DNA of 64,000 nucleotides from Parcubacteria group bacterium GW2011_GWA2_40_23 (GTDB lineage: Bacteria > Patescibacteriota > Patescibacteriia > UBA11705 > JABHMO01): assembly GCA_000996245.1 (NCBI GenBank), contig LBYP01000001.1, positions 17,197-81,196 of the forward strand, given 5' to 3'. A program made the position numbers and the translations under genes. The notes beneath the pieces were generated by a model. The model had not been told where the DNA came from. It saw only the letters and a list, made by a program, of their open reading frames with translations, and made no database searches. Every line of letters begins with the position of its first letter. Within the stretch, counting starts at the first letter, position 1. Positions 19,584-30,468 of the stretch are shown here, in pieces.

Positions 19584-21662
19584 ATGCCTCGTGAATATAG
19601 CCTTGAAAACACCCGTAATATCGGGATTATTGCTCACATTGATGCTGGTAAAACAACAGTTTCAGAACGTATTTTGTTTTATACTGGCAAGAAACATAAA
19701 ATAGGTGAAGTTCATGAAGGCGCAGCTGAAATGGATTGGATGGATCAAGAGCGAGAACGCGGTATTACTATTACTTCAGCCGCTACGACTTGTTTTTGGA
19801 AGGGGATACGCATCAATTTAATTGATACTCCCGGGCACGTTGATTTTACTGCAGAAGTTGAACGTTCACTCCGTGTTTTAGACGGCGGTGTGGTTGTTTT
19901 TGATGGCGTTGCTGGTGTGGAACCACAATCAGAAACTGTGTGGCATCAAGCGGACAAATATCATGTGCCACGCATTGCTTTTATTAACAAAATGGATCGC
20001 ATGGGCGCTGATTTCTACGCTGATTTAGCTTCCATCCACGATCGTTTAACTAAAGATGCTCACCCAATTCAATTGCCAATAGGATCAGCTGAAACCTTTA
20101 AAGGTATTATCGATTTATTAACTCGCGTTGCCTATATTTTTGAAGATGATTTAGGTGTCAAGGTGACCGAAATAGAAATCCCAGCTGATATGAAAGATAA
20201 AGTTGAAGAATATCGCGCCAAGTTGGTTGAGGCGATTGCTGAAAATGATGAAGTGCTGATGGACAAATATTTAAATGGTCAAGAAATTTCAATTGAAGAG
20301 TTAAAGCCAGTTTTGCATAAAGCGATTGTTGATAATAAGATTGTTCCTGTGGCTACAGGTAGCGCTTTAAAGAATAAAGGAATTCAACAATTGTTAGATG
20401 CTGTTGTTGATTACTTGCCAAACCCCTTAGAAATTCCACCACTAGAAGCTATTGATCCCAAGGATCCTGAAAAAACAATCACTATTAAGCCAGATGATAC
20501 TGCATCATTTGCAGGTTTAGCTTTTAAAATTGCGACTGACCCCTTTGTGGGCAAGTTGTGTTTTGTGCGTGTTTATTCTGGTGTTTTAAAATCAGGTTCT
20601 TATATTGTTAATGTTAATACTGGAGAAAAAGAACGTGTCGGACGTTTGGTACGTATGCACGCTAACCACCGCGAAGAAATTACTGAAGTTTATGCTGGTG
20701 AAATTGCAGCTATTATTGGTTTAAAAAATACTTTTACTGGTCACACTCTTTGCGATGAAGATCATAAGGTTCTTTTGGAAATGATTACCTTTCCTGAACC
20801 AGTTATTGATTTGGCTATTGAACCAAAAACAAAGGCTGATCAAGAGAAAATGGGTATTGCATTACAAAAATTGGCTGAAGAAGATCCAACGTTCAGAGTA
20901 CGCACAGACGAAGAAACTATGCAGACTGTTATTGCTGGTATGGGTGAATTACACCTTGAAGTTTTGGTCGAACGAATGAAACGTGAGTTTAAGGTAGAAG
21001 CCAATGTTGGAAAGCCTCAGGTTGCTTTTAAAGAAACAATTAAAAAAGAAGCAGAAGCGGAAGGCAAATATATTAAACAATCTGGAGGCCGTGGACAATA
21101 TGGTCATTGTTGGATTAAAGTTGCACCGCTAGAACGTGGTGGTGGCTTTCAATTTGTGGATGAAGTTAAAGGTGGTTCTATTCCACGTGAATATATCCCT
21201 GCTATTGAAAAAGGTATTAAAGAAGCTTTAAGCCGTGGTATTTTAGCTGGTTATCCTGTTTTAGATATTAAGGCTACTGTTTTTGATGGTTCCTTCCATG
21301 AAGTTGACTCTTCTGAAGCTGCTTTCAAAATCGCTGGTTCAATGGCTTTCCAAGAAGCTGCCCGTAAGGCTGAGCCAGTTGTATTAGAGCCGATTATGAA
21401 GATTGAAGTTGTTGTGGCTGAAAAATATTTGGGGGATGTTGTGGGAGATCTAAATTCTCGCCGCGCCCAAATTAGTGAAATGAAAGACAGAGGAAATACC
21501 AAAGTTATCGATGCTACAGCACCTCTTTCTGAAATGTTTGGATACGCTACACAATTACGTTCAATTACACAGGGTCGCGGTAGTTATTCAATGGAATTTA
21601 AGCATTATGCTGATGTCCCAGGTAATGTTCTTAAGGAAATGCTAGAAGCTAAAAAGAAATAG
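19584..21662 (+). CDS. fusA: Elongation factor G
   Basis: [23 protein letters not shown]. Confidence 0.98.
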   Translation: MPREYSLENTRNIGIIAHIDAGKTTVSERILFYTGKKHKIGEVHEGAAEMDWMDQERERGITITSAATTCFWKGIRINLIDTPGHVDFTAEVERSLRVLDGGVVVFDGVAGVEPQSETVWHQADKYHVPRIAFINKMDRMGADFYADLASIHDRLTKDAHPIQLPIGSAETFKGIIDLLTRVAYIFEDDLGVKVTEIEIPADMKDKVEEYRAKLVEAIAENDEVLMDKYLNGQEISIEELKPVLHKAIVDNKIVPVATGSALKNKGIQQLLDAVVDYLPNPLEIPPLEAIDPKDPEKTITIKPDDTASFAGLAFKIATDPFVGKLCFVRVYSGVLKSGSYIVNVNTGEKERVGRLVRMHANHREEITEVYAGEIAAIIGLKNTFTGHTLCDEDHKVLLEMITFPEPVIDLAIEPKTKADQEKMGIALQKLAEEDPTFRVRTDEETMQTVIAGMGELHLEVLVERMKREFKVEANVGKPQVAFKETIKKEAEAEGKYIKQSGGRGQYGHCWIKVAPLERGGGFQFVDEVKGGSIPREYIPAIEKGIKEALSRGILAGYPVLDIKATVFDGSFHEVDSSEAAFKIAGSMAFQEAARKAEPVVLEPIMKIEVVVAEKYLGDVVGDLNSRRAQISEMKDRGNTKVIDATAPLSEMFGYATQLRSITQGRGSYSMEFKHYADVPGNVLKEMLEAKKK

Positions 21663-21685
21663 AAGCTAAAAGAGAAAGAAATATT

Positions 21686-22000
21686 ATGTTGATAGATAAA
21701 TGGACAAAAATATTTTCTTTAGTGAAAAAAACAGGGGATAAAGTCATCATCTTTGATGAAAAAGGTATTGATACGTTAGTGGTTATGCCCTTTGATCAGT
21801 ATGAGCGACTTATTTCTCAATCTACGCAGGTAAAAGGGTTGACAGAAGATGAAATGTTAGATAGAATAAACCAGGATATTGCGCGCTGGCAGGCGACGCA
21901 AAAAGAAACACAACCAGTAGTTGAAAATTTAGAAAAAGAATCTGTTTCTGATGATAAAGATGAAGAAGACGAACGTTATTATGTCGAACCGTTAGAATAG
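21686..22000 (+). CDS. Hypothetical protein with Phd/YefM-like N-terminus and acidic tail
   Basis: 104-aa ORF filling the fusA-tuf gap; VKKTGDKVIIF...VVMPFDQYERL. Confidence 0.7.
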   Translation: MLIDKWTKIFSLVKKTGDKVIIFDEKGIDTLVVMPFDQYERLISQSTQVKGLTEDEMLDRINQDIARWQATQKETQPVVENLEKESVSDDKDEEDERYYVEPLE

Positions 22001-22002
22001 CC

Positions 22003-22030
22003 TTGCCAAAAAGAGAAATTGTGATATAAT
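22003..22030 (+). promoter_or_regulatory. Internal promoter for tuf-S10
   Basis: TTGCCA-16 nt-(TGa)TATAAT. Confidence 0.65.
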
Positions 22031-22118
22031 TTATATACGTAAAAATTTTAAATAATTAATTTTAAGCGACTGGATGAAACCCTACTTTAGGTGGGGGTCG
22101 CTGACGGAGAAATATACA

Positions 22119-23309
22119 ATGGTCGCAACATTTGAACGAACTAAACCGCATGTAAACATCGGAACAATTGGTCACGTTGACCACGGTAAGACAACATTAA
22201 CTGCCGCTATTTTGAAGTACTTACGAGGCAAGGGTGGAGTAGCACAAGACAAGGGTATTGATGACTTGGATAAAGCTCCAGAATCAAAGGCTCGTGGTAT
22301 TACTATTGCTACAGCTCACGTTGAGTATGAGACAGAAAAAAGACACTATGCACACGTAGATTGTCCGGGGCATGCTGATTATGTAAAAAACATGATTACT
22401 GGTGCTGCTCAGATGGATGGTGCTATCGTTGTTGTAGCTGCTACTGATGGTCCTATGCCTCAAACTCGCGAACACATTTTGTTAGCTCGCCAAGTAGGTG
22501 TGCCATCAATCGTCGTTTTCTTAAACAAAGTTGATTTAGTTGAAGATAAAGAATTAATTGACCTAGTTGAAGAAGAAGTTCGTGATTTATTAAAGAAATA
22601 TGAATTCCCAGGAGATGAAACACCAATTATTCGTGGTTCAGCTCTAAAAGCTTTAGAAAATCCAACAGATCCAGAAGCTACAAAGTGTATCCAGGAATTG
22701 CTTGATGCTGTTGATTCATTTATCCCGGAACCAGTTCGTGAAATCGATAAACCTTTCTTGATGCCTATTGAAGACATCTTCTCAATTGAAGGTCGTGGTA
22801 CAGTTGTTACTGGACGTGTCGAACGTGGTATGGTAAAGGTTAATGAAGACATTGAAATTATCGGTTTAAAAGCAACCGCTAAGAGCGTGGTAACTGGTAT
22901 CGAAATGTTCAATAAACAATTACAAGAAGGCCGTGCTGGAGATAATGCTGGTATCCTTTTACGCGGCATCAAAAAGGAAGACGTTGAGCGTGGTCAAGTT
23001 ATTGCTAAACCAGGTTCAGTTACTCCTCATTCAGAGTTTGAAGGTAAAGTCTATGTTTTATCAAAAGACGAAGGTGGTCGTCATAAACCATTCTTCAAAG
23101 GATATAAGCCACAATTCTATATTAGAACAACAGATGTTACGGGTGAGGTAGAATTACCAGCAGGAACTGAAATGGTTATGCCTGGTGATACTGTTGTTTT
23201 GAATATTAAATTGATTTCACCTGTTGCGCTCGAAGAACAACAACGTTTTGCTATCCGCGAAGGTGGAAAGACTATTGGTGCTGGTGTTGTTAATAAGATT
23301 ATTAAATAA
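22119..23309 (+). CDS. tuf: Elongation factor Tu
   Basis: [17 protein letters not shown]; start at ATG 22119 ([11 protein letters not shown]). Confidence 0.98.
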   Translation: MVATFERTKPHVNIGTIGHVDHGKTTLTAAILKYLRGKGGVAQDKGIDDLDKAPESKARGITIATAHVEYETEKRHYAHVDCPGHADYVKNMITGAAQMDGAIVVVAATDGPMPQTREHILLARQVGVPSIVVFLNKVDLVEDKELIDLVEEEVRDLLKKYEFPGDETPIIRGSALKALENPTDPEATKCIQELLDAVDSFIPEPVREIDKPFLMPIEDIFSIEGRGTVVTGRVERGMVKVNEDIEIIGLKATAKSVVTGIEMFNKQLQEGRAGDNAGILLRGIKKEDVERGQVIAKPGSVTPHSEFEGKVYVLSKDEGGRHKPFFKGYKPQFYIRTTDVTGEVELPAGTEMVMPGDTVVLNIKLISPVALEEQQRFAIREGGKTIGAGVVNKIIK

Positions 23310-23315
23310 ACAGAC

Positions 23316-23645
23316 ATGGCAGACGAGAAGATAGACAAGAATATCCAGCGTGTTAGGATCAAAATCAAAGCCTATGATCACAAGGTTATTGATCAATCGA
23401 CACAGAAAATTATGGAAGCTTGTGAGCGTACTGGGGCAGAGATTCGAGGCCCCATACCTTTGCCAGTAGCGAAAAAACGCTATACTGTAAACCGTTCTAC
23501 CTTTGTTCATAAGGATGCTCGGGATCAGTATGAAATGCGTGTCCATAAGCGTCTTATTGATATCCTTAACCCAACAGCGAAAACGATAGATTCTCTTATG
23601 AATTTGAATTTACCAGCTGGGGTTGACATAGAAATAAAAATGTAA
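23316..23645 (+). CDS. rpsJ: 30S ribosomal protein uS10
   Basis: [22 protein letters not shown]. Confidence 0.97.
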   Translation: MADEKIDKNIQRVRIKIKAYDHKVIDQSTQKIMEACERTGAEIRGPIPLPVAKKRYTVNRSTFVHKDARDQYEMRVHKRLIDILNPTAKTIDSLMNLNLPAGVDIEIKM

Positions 23646-23801
23646 TAGAATACATTCGAAATCCCCTGGGCTAGCGGCGCAATAACCGTTTACACGAAGT
23701 GTTGTGTTGCCGACCAGAGAGGAGCGGAGAATAGCAACTTGAAACGCGACATAAAAATTTAAGACAAGCGACTTATAAAACCGGGGGTTATAGAACCCAT
23801 T

Positions 23802-23825
23802 GACCGGACTTAAGTCCGGTCTTTT
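23802..23825 (+). terminator. Terminator/attenuator-like hairpin between rpsJ and rplC
   Basis: gaccggac-ttaa-gtccggtc followed by TTTT. Confidence 0.55.
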
Positions 23826-23839
23826 GATTATAAAGTAGT

Positions 23840-24556
23840 ATGAAATTCCTTATTGGCAAAAAACAAGAGATGCAGCAGGTCTTTGCTGAAGATGGAACAG
23901 CTCAAACAGTTACTTCTGTTATAGCTGGTCCCTGTTTTGTTACTGCCAAGAAAAGTATTGAAAAAGACGGTTATTCTGCTGTTCAATTCGCTTGGGAAGA
24001 ACTTCCAGCTAAAAAAGCCAATAAACCCTTATTGGGTTTTTTGAAAAAGATTTTTAATAAAGATATTGCTTACCGTCACATCAGAGAATGCCGTTTCCCA
24101 GAAGGAGACAAAATGATTAATGAGTTAACACCAGGGCAAAAGGTGGACGTTAGTATGTTTAATGTTGGAGATTTGGTTGATGTTGTAGGTACTTCAAAGG
24201 GTCGTGGGTTTCAAGGTGTAGTTAAACGTCATGGATTTCATGGTATGCCTAAATCACACGGACATAAAGATCAAGAGAGAATGCCTGGTTCTATTGGTGC
24301 GGGTGGTGTTCAACGTGTGTTTAAAGGAAAGCGTATGGGTGGTCACATGGGGGATCAATCTGTAACTGTAAAAAATCTTAAAGTAGTAGCTATTGATTTA
24401 GATACAAATAAATTACTTCTTGGTGGCTCTATCCCGGGTTGTCGCAATGGTCTTTTATTCATGCGCACTAAAGGTGATTTTGAAATTAATAAACCTGCCG
24501 CACCGGTTGTTGAACCTGTAGTTGAGGTAGAAAAGAAAGAAGAAACCAACATTTAA
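23840..24556 (+). CDS. rplC: 50S ribosomal protein uL3
   Basis: SKGRGFQGVVKRHGF, PGSIG, GKRMGGHMG. Confidence 0.97.
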   Translation: MKFLIGKKQEMQQVFAEDGTAQTVTSVIAGPCFVTAKKSIEKDGYSAVQFAWEELPAKKANKPLLGFLKKIFNKDIAYRHIRECRFPEGDKMINELTPGQKVDVSMFNVGDLVDVVGTSKGRGFQGVVKRHGFHGMPKSHGHKDQERMPGSIGAGGVQRVFKGKRMGGHMGDQSVTVKNLKVVAIDLDTNKLLLGGSIPGCRNGLLFMRTKGDFEINKPAAPVVEPVVEVEKKEETNI

Positions 24557-24563
24557 TAAAAGT

Positions 24564-25193
24564 ATGGTCAAAGCCAAATTATACAATAAAGAAGGGCAGG
24601 AAAAGGGTGAGGTTCAATTGAACCCAAAGATTTTTGAAATTGAAGCTAACGAAATCTTGGTTAAGCAAGCTATTGAGGCTGTTTTGGCAAATCGTCGTTT
24701 AGTTATAGCAGACACAAAAAATCGTGGCGAAGTTCGAGGTGGTGGGAAAAAACCATGGAATCAAAAGGGTACTGGGCGCGCTCGTCATGGTTCTATACGT
24801 TCTCCTCTTTGGAGAGGCGGTGGTGTTACCTTCGGTCCAAATACAGATAGAAATTTCACCAAGAAAATAAACAAGAAGGTTCGTACTACGGCTTTGTTAA
24901 TGGCATTATCAGATAAGGTGAAAAATGAAAAAACAATAGTTATTGACGAGTTGAATGCAGCAACTGGTAAGACCAAGGAATTATCACAGGCTTTGAAAGG
25001 AATGAAATTTAACCGTGGTTTAATTGTTTTGCCTAAGATGGAGAAAAATTTAGTGCGAGCATTGAATAATTTGCCACGCATTGAACTCATCGCCGCTAAT
25101 AGTTTAAATGTTTATGATGTCGTGAAGGCCTATCGAGTATTGTTTGTGGAGGCTGCCTTAAAAGAAACTGAAAAAACATTTTTGAGTAAATAA
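24564..25193 (+). CDS. rplD: 50S ribosomal protein uL4
   Basis: KPWNQKGTGRARHGS. Confidence 0.97.
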   Translation: MVKAKLYNKEGQEKGEVQLNPKIFEIEANEILVKQAIEAVLANRRLVIADTKNRGEVRGGGKKPWNQKGTGRARHGSIRSPLWRGGGVTFGPNTDRNFTKKINKKVRTTALLMALSDKVKNEKTIVIDELNAATGKTKELSQALKGMKFNRGLIVLPKMEKNLVRALNNLPRIELIAANSLNVYDVVKAYRVLFVEAALKETEKTFLSK

Positions 25194-25195
25194 GT

Positions 25196-25627
25196 ATGAG
25201 TTTTTTAAATAAAATATTAAAGAAGACTGATGACGAAACTCTAGAGAAGAAAGAGCCTGTAGTTAAAGTTGCAAAGAAAGATGAAGAAAAAAAAGAAGAG
25301 GTTTTGTTAACTCATCAGAACAAAACAAAGAAACATGACGATCCATTGGCTTATCGTGTTATCTTGAAGCCTCTGATAACGGAAAAATCAACAGATTTAG
25401 CACAGTTGAATAAATATGTCTTTGTTGTCCCTGTGACAGCAAACAAGAACTCTGTTGCTGAAAGAATCTTCGGTATTTATGGAGTTAAACCAGTTAAAGT
25501 TAATATAATCAGACGCCCAGGCAAAGTGGTTCGCTCTGGACGCAAATCCGGCACCACTAAGAGCTATAAAAAAGCAATTGTTACCTTAGCTCCGGGTGAA
25601 AAAATTGAAGTCTACGAAGGAGTTTAG
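25196..25627 (+). CDS. rplW: 50S ribosomal protein uL23 with N-terminal extension
   Basis: PLITEKS...KKAIVTL core; operon position. Confidence 0.93.
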   Translation: MSFLNKILKKTDDETLEKKEPVVKVAKKDEEKKEEVLLTHQNKTKKHDDPLAYRVILKPLITEKSTDLAQLNKYVFVVPVTANKNSVAERIFGIYGVKPVKVNIIRRPGKVVRSGRKSGTTKSYKKAIVTLAPGEKIEVYEGV

Positions 25628-25636
25628 AATTAATAT

Positions 25637-26485
25637 ATGGCGATAAAAATTTACAAACCAACCGGAAATGCACGACGCCAAATGAGCGTGGTAGATTCTT
25701 CTAATCTTTCCAAAGCTCGTCCAGTAAAGAGATTGATTTCGATTATCAAAAAAACGGGTGGTCGTAATTCTCAAGGCAAGATTACTATTCGTCATCATGG
25801 TGGTGGCGCCAAGCAGTTTTATCGCATGGTTGATTTTAAGCGAGATAAATTTAATATTCCGGCTACTGTTAAGGCTTTGGAATATGATCCAAATCGTACT
25901 GCACACATCGCTCTATTACAATATGCTGATGGTGAAAAAAGATATATTATTGCCCCAGCAGGTATTCAAGTTGGCGATTCATTAATATCATCAAAAGAAA
26001 GCGTAAAGATACAAGTTGGTAATTGTACAAGATTAGAAAATATTTCAGTTGGCTCTTTAATTCATAATGTTGAATTATCAGCCGGTATGGGAGCAAAAAT
26101 GGTGCGTACAGCAGGTGCCTGGGCTAAGCTCATGGCGATTGAAGGAAAGTATGCCCAAATAAAAATGCCTTCTTCTGAAGTCCGCCTAATCGATAAGAAT
26201 TGTATGGCAACGCTAGGTGAAGTTGGTAATGCCGAGAAAATGCATGTTAAAATAGGTAAGGCCGGCCGTAATCGCCATCTGGGTATTCGTCCAACCGTTC
26301 GTGGTAAGGCTATGAACCCAGTAGATCACCCACATGGTGGTGGTGAGGGGCACAACCCGATTGGTCTGAAGCACCCAAAGACGCCTTGGGGCAAGCCAGC
26401 GCTTGGTGTGTTAACACGAAAGCGAAAGAAACAATCAAGCAAGTTCATTGTTCGTAAACGACAGAATAAGAGACTCAAGAAATAA
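25637..26485 (+). CDS. rplB: 50S ribosomal protein uL2
   Basis: [20 protein letters not shown]. Confidence 0.98.
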   Translation: MAIKIYKPTGNARRQMSVVDSSNLSKARPVKRLISIIKKTGGRNSQGKITIRHHGGGAKQFYRMVDFKRDKFNIPATVKALEYDPNRTAHIALLQYADGEKRYIIAPAGIQVGDSLISSKESVKIQVGNCTRLENISVGSLIHNVELSAGMGAKMVRTAGAWAKLMAIEGKYAQIKMPSSEVRLIDKNCMATLGEVGNAEKMHVKIGKAGRNRHLGIRPTVRGKAMNPVDHPHGGGEGHNPIGLKHPKTPWGKPALGVLTRKRKKQSSKFIVRKRQNKRLKK

Positions 26486-26502
26486 TCACGAAAATATTAC
26501 AT

Positions 26503-26832
26503 ATGTCACGAAGTCTTAAAAAAGGACCATATATAGATCCTAAGTTGATAAAGAAGATCTTGAACCTGAAACCAGGAGAAAAGAAAACTATCAAGACTTG
26601 GGCTCGAAGATCAACAATCACTCCAGAAATGGTCGGACATACTTTTGGTGTGCATAATGGTAAGGATTTTCTTGATGTTTACGTTGTTGAGAATATGGTT
26701 GGCCATAAGTTGGGAGAATTTTCATTAACGAGAAAGTTTATTGGTCATGGTGGTAAGATGGCGAAAGAACAAGCTAAAGGACCAGCACCCGTTGTTAGTA
26801 AGCCTGCAGCTAAACCAGCTACTAAAAAATAA
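26503..26832 (+). CDS. rpsS: 30S ribosomal protein uS19
   Basis: [18 protein letters not shown]. Confidence 0.97.
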   Translation: MSRSLKKGPYIDPKLIKKILNLKPGEKKTIKTWARRSTITPEMVGHTFGVHNGKDFLDVYVVENMVGHKLGEFSLTRKFIGHGGKMAKEQAKGPAPVVSKPAAKPATKK

Positions 26833-26840
26833 TCAATGAT

Positions 26841-27365
26841 ATGCAAGTAAAGGCAAAAGCAAAATACATCCACATCGCACCAAGAAAAGTTCGCCTCGTC
26901 GCTGGGGTAGTGCGTGGTCTTGATGTTGACTTGGCTTTACAAAAGTTATCTGTCATGGACAAACGTTCTGTGGCTCCGGTTCAGAAGTTATTAGATTCAG
27001 CCATTGCTAGTGCTGAGCACAATTATGAATTAACAAAAAACAATTTATTTATAGAAAGAATTATAGTTAATGATGGCCCAACAAATTTTCGGTGGATGCA
27101 AAAAGCTTTTGGTCGTGCGACTCCACTTAGACATCGTACTTCCATAATTGATATTATATTGGCTGAAAAGAATCCGGAAAGTAAGTCGAAAGCAAAGAAG
27201 AAAAAAGGAAAAGAGCAAATTGCTACAGAAGTAATTGCAGACGAGGTTAAGGAAACAAAGGACATTAAGAAAGATGATCATAAGGTTGCGAAACATCCAG
27301 GTTTGCGGAAGGGAAGTGAAAAAAGTTTAATAAAGAAAGTTTTTCGCAGAAAAACCGGAATGTAA
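26841..27365 (+). CDS. rplV: 50S ribosomal protein uL22 with C-terminal extension
   Basis: APRKVRLV...AFGRA core. Confidence 0.95.
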   Translation: MQVKAKAKYIHIAPRKVRLVAGVVRGLDVDLALQKLSVMDKRSVAPVQKLLDSAIASAEHNYELTKNNLFIERIIVNDGPTNFRWMQKAFGRATPLRHRTSIIDIILAEKNPESKSKAKKKKGKEQIATEVIADEVKETKDIKKDDHKVAKHPGLRKGSEKSLIKKVFRRKTGM

Positions 27366-27376
27366 AAATATTTAAT

Positions 27377-28042
27377 ATGGGTAAAAAAATAAATCCAAAA
27401 GTATTCCGACTAGGGCAAACGAGAACTTGGGACTCGCGCTGGTTTTCTAGTAAAAATTTTAGCAATCTTTTGCAACAAGATATTTTAATCAAAAAGTTTT
27501 TAAATAAAAAGTTAGAAGGTGCTTTTGTTTCAAGAATTGAAATCGAAAGAACCGCTAAAGAAGTTAATGTTATTGTTACTTCTGCTCGTCCTGGTGTCAT
27601 CATCGGTCGTGGCGGGGTAGGAGTAGAAGATCTAAAGAAGGAAATCAAAAGACAATATTTGAAAGATAGAAAAATTGCTGTAAATATTAATATTAAGGAA
27701 GTAGAGAATGTTAATACTGATGCCACAATTGTTGGTTTGGGTATTAAGGCAGATATTGAAAAGCGTATCCCTTTCCGTCGCGCCATGAAGCAAGCTATTA
27801 ATAAGGTAGAGAAGGCTGGCGCCAAGGGGGTTAAGGTTCAAATATCTGGACGTTTAAATGGAGTAGAAATTGCGCGTTCAGAAAAATTATTATCAGGTAA
27901 AGTTCCATTACATACTATCCGTGCTGATGTAGATTATGCGCAGATAGAAGCCTTCACTCTTTATGGAGTTATCGGTATAAAAGTGTGGATTTACCGCGGT
28001 GACATTTTTAATGTAAAAAAAGTAGAAACTACAAAAGAATAA
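27377..28042 (+). CDS. rpsC: 30S ribosomal protein uS3
   Basis: RPGVIIGRGG, GRLNGVEIAR. Confidence 0.97.
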   Translation: MGKKINPKVFRLGQTRTWDSRWFSSKNFSNLLQQDILIKKFLNKKLEGAFVSRIEIERTAKEVNVIVTSARPGVIIGRGGVGVEDLKKEIKRQYLKDRKIAVNINIKEVENVNTDATIVGLGIKADIEKRIPFRRAMKQAINKVEKAGAKGVKVQISGRLNGVEIARSEKLLSGKVPLHTIRADVDYAQIEAFTLYGVIGIKVWIYRGDIFNVKKVETTKE

Positions 28043-28053
28043 GATATTAAGAT

Positions 28054-28467
28054 ATGTTAACGCCAAAAAAAGTAAAACATCGTAAATGGCAGAAGGGTCG
28101 TGGACGCGATAGAGAATCGGTCGCTACCCGCATGGTTGATATTTCTTTTGGGCAATATGGTTTAAAGGCTATAACAGCTGGTTGGATTGATTCTAGACAA
28201 ATCGAGGCTTCTCGCCGAGCGATTACACGTCATATTAAACGTGGTGGTAAGGTCTGGATTCGTATTTTCCCAGATAGACCAGTTAGCTCTAAGGGATCAC
28301 AAACAACTATGGGTGGCGGTAAAGGCAACCCTGACAAATATGTTGCCGTTGTAAAACCAGGAACAATTATGTTTGAAATGGATGGTGTTGCAGAGGATAT
28401 TGCTAAAGAAGCCTTAAGATTGGCATCACATAAGTTGCCAGTAAAGACAAGATTCATTGCTAAGTAA
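28054..28467 (+). CDS. rplP: 50S ribosomal protein uL16
   Basis: [16 protein letters not shown]. Confidence 0.97.
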   Translation: MLTPKKVKHRKWQKGRGRDRESVATRMVDISFGQYGLKAITAGWIDSRQIEASRRAITRHIKRGGKVWIRIFPDRPVSSKGSQTTMGGGKGNPDKYVAVVKPGTIMFEMDGVAEDIAKEALRLASHKLPVKTRFIAK

Positions 28468-28475
28468 TTTATTAT

Positions 28476-28670
28476 ATGAAGCTGCGCGAATTAAAAGATA
28501 AAACAACAGACGAATTACAGAAACTCTATAAAGAGCTTTGTGTTAAAAGACAAGAGTTTAATTTTAAAGTTGCCAGCAAGCAAATGAAGAATGTTCGTGA
28601 TATGCGCAAGCTAAAGATTAATACAGCTCAAATCTTAACGATTTTAAAGATAAGAAAAGAAGTAAAATAA
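28476..28670 (+). CDS. rpmC: 50S ribosomal protein uL29
   Basis: Size, operon position, ELKDKT..EL pattern. Confidence 0.9.
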   Translation: MKLRELKDKTTDELQKLYKELCVKRQEFNFKVASKQMKNVRDMRKLKINTAQILTILKIRKEVK

Positions 28671-28674
28671 TTAT

Positions 28675-28929
28675 ATGGAACAAGCAGCAAAAAAAATCAG
28701 CCGCCGTTTTGAAGGCGAAGTGGTAAGTACCAAAATGGATAAAACAGCTGTAGTTTTAGTTGCTCGAACTGTTAGACACAAAAAGTATTTAAAACAATAT
28801 ATCGTGAGCCGTAAATATAAGGCTCATGATGAGAAAAATGAATGTAAAGTTGGTGAAAAAGTTGAAATCCGTGAATGTTGTCCTATGAGTAAAGATAAAA
28901 AATGGATTATTGTTAGAAAAGTTAAGTAA
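28675..28929 (+). CDS. rpsQ: 30S ribosomal protein uS17
   Basis: [18 protein letters not shown]. Confidence 0.96.
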   Translation: MEQAAKKISRRFEGEVVSTKMDKTAVVLVARTVRHKKYLKQYIVSRKYKAHDEKNECKVGEKVEIRECCPMSKDKKWIIVRKVK

Positions 28930-28937
28930 TATTTTAT

Positions 28938-29309
28938 ATGATACAACACAGAACTATGTTAAAATCCGCGGATAATACAGGAGCTAAAATTCTCCAATGT
29001 ATTAGAGTTCTTGGTGGATATAAAAAGCGCTATGCGCGTATTGGTGATGTTGTTAATATTACTATTAAAGTAGCTAAGCCACATAGTATGGTTAAAAAAG
29101 GTGAGGTTCATCATGCTGTGGTTGTCAGAACTGCCAAGGAAGTCCGTCGTCATGATGGGTCATATATACGTTTTGATGAAAATGCTGTTGTGCTTATCGA
29201 TAATAAAACCAAGGAACCAAAAGGCACACGTATTTTTGGACCAGTAGCTAGAGAATTAAGACAATTCGGATTTAATAAAATTATTTCATTAGCACCCGAG
29301 GTGCTTTAA
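28938..29309 (+). CDS. rplN: 50S ribosomal protein uL14
   Basis: [19 protein letters not shown]. Confidence 0.98.
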   Translation: MIQHRTMLKSADNTGAKILQCIRVLGGYKKRYARIGDVVNITIKVAKPHSMVKKGEVHHAVVVRTAKEVRRHDGSYIRFDENAVVLIDNKTKEPKGTRIFGPVARELRQFGFNKIISLAPEVL

Positions 29310-29318
29310 ATATTGGAT

Positions 29319-29678
29319 ATGAAGTTAAGAAAAGGCGATAAAGTACAAATTATTAAAGGTAAAGACCGCGTCCGCAAGACAAAAGCGGGCGAAAAAATGA
29401 CCAAGGGTAACCAAGGTAAAGTTATTGCGGTTTTGCCAGAGAAAGCACGCCTAGTAATTGAAGGTTTGAATTTACGTTATAAACATATTCGTCCAAAACG
29501 TGAAGGTGAAAAAGGCCAAAGAGTTGAATTACCAACTTCAATTTCAATATCTAACGTAATGTTGGTTTGTCCTAAGTGTAGTAAAGCTACACGCGTTGGT
29601 TACCGTCTTTTGGACTCAGATATTAAGGGTAAGAAAAAGGTACGTATTTGTAAAAAATGTGGAGAAGCAATTGATTAG
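29319..29678 (+). CDS. rplX: 50S ribosomal protein uL24
   Basis: KGDKVQIIKGKD KOW motif, ISNVMLVCPKC; ATG at 29319. Confidence 0.95.
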   Translation: MKLRKGDKVQIIKGKDRVRKTKAGEKMTKGNQGKVIAVLPEKARLVIEGLNLRYKHIRPKREGEKGQRVELPTSISISNVMLVCPKCSKATRVGYRLLDSDIKGKKKVRICKKCGEAID

Positions 29679-29689
29679 TATATAAATTT

Positions 29690-30241
29690 ATGAATAATTT
29701 GTTAAAACAATATCGAGAGACAATTGCCCCAGCATTGATGGCCAAGTTTAGTTATAAAAACAAAATGGCTGTGCCAAACCTAAATAAGGTTGTGCTTAAT
29801 GTTGGTATGGGACAATCATTGAAAGACAAAGAATTCATTGAAGCTGTGGTGAAAACCTTAGAAAGAATCACAGGGCAAAGACCAGTAAAAACAATAGCAA
29901 AAAAAGCTATTTCAAACTTTAAGATTCGCGAAGGACAAGTTATTGGTGCTATGGTAACGTTACGTGGAAACATGATGTGGGATTTTATAGAAAAACTAAT
30001 TAAGGTCACATTACCACGTGTACGCGACTTTAGAGGTATTTCAACCACTGGTTTTGATAAAAAGGGTAGTTATTCATTAGGATTAAAAGAATATATTTGT
30101 TTCCCAGAAATACAGCAGGATGAAGTTGAACGTTTGCATGGTTTGCAAGTAAACGTAGTCACTACAGCACAAACAGCAGCTGAAGGCAGAGAATTATTGA
30201 CATATCTTGGATTTCCATTTAAAACAGAAGAGAATAAATAA
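29690..30241 (+). CDS. rplE: 50S ribosomal protein uL5
   Basis: ITGQRP, LPRVRDFRG. Confidence 0.97.
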   Translation: MNNLLKQYRETIAPALMAKFSYKNKMAVPNLNKVVLNVGMGQSLKDKEFIEAVVKTLERITGQRPVKTIAKKAISNFKIREGQVIGAMVTLRGNMMWDFIEKLIKVTLPRVRDFRGISTTGFDKKGSYSLGLKEYICFPEIQQDEVERLHGLQVNVVTTAQTAAEGRELLTYLGFPFKTEENK

Positions 30242-30246
30242 TATAT

Positions 30247-30432
30247 ATGGCAACAGAAGCACAAATCGCAAAATCAAAAGGAAAGCAGAAATTTCCAACA
30301 CGAAAAGTTAATCGTTGCTGGAAGTGCGGTCGCCGACATGGTTATATGCGAGACTTTGATTTATGCCGTATTTGTTTTCGTGAATTAGCTGACCGTGGTG
30401 AGATCCCGGGCATAACAAGAAGTAGTTGGTAA
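30247..30432 (+). CDS. rpsN: 30S ribosomal protein uS14, zinc-binding short type
   Basis: RCWKCGR...LCRICFRE, 61 aa. Confidence 0.96.
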   Translation: MATEAQIAKSKGKQKFPTRKVNRCWKCGRRHGYMRDFDLCRICFRELADRGEIPGITRSSW

Positions 30433-30468
30433 TTATTAATGATAAATTAAGTGACTAAGTAAAACACT

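Noticed and set aside
22074-22118. N-terminal extension of EF-Tu from the ORF track
   Set aside because: Downstream ATG 22119 gives the normal EF-Tu N-terminus; the upstream sequence is a hairpin-forming leader.
23660-23730. SRP (4.5S) RNA or known riboswitch in the rpsJ-rplC gap
   Set aside because: No SRP domain IV motif or recognisable aptamer consensus; kept only as an unassigned structured spacer.
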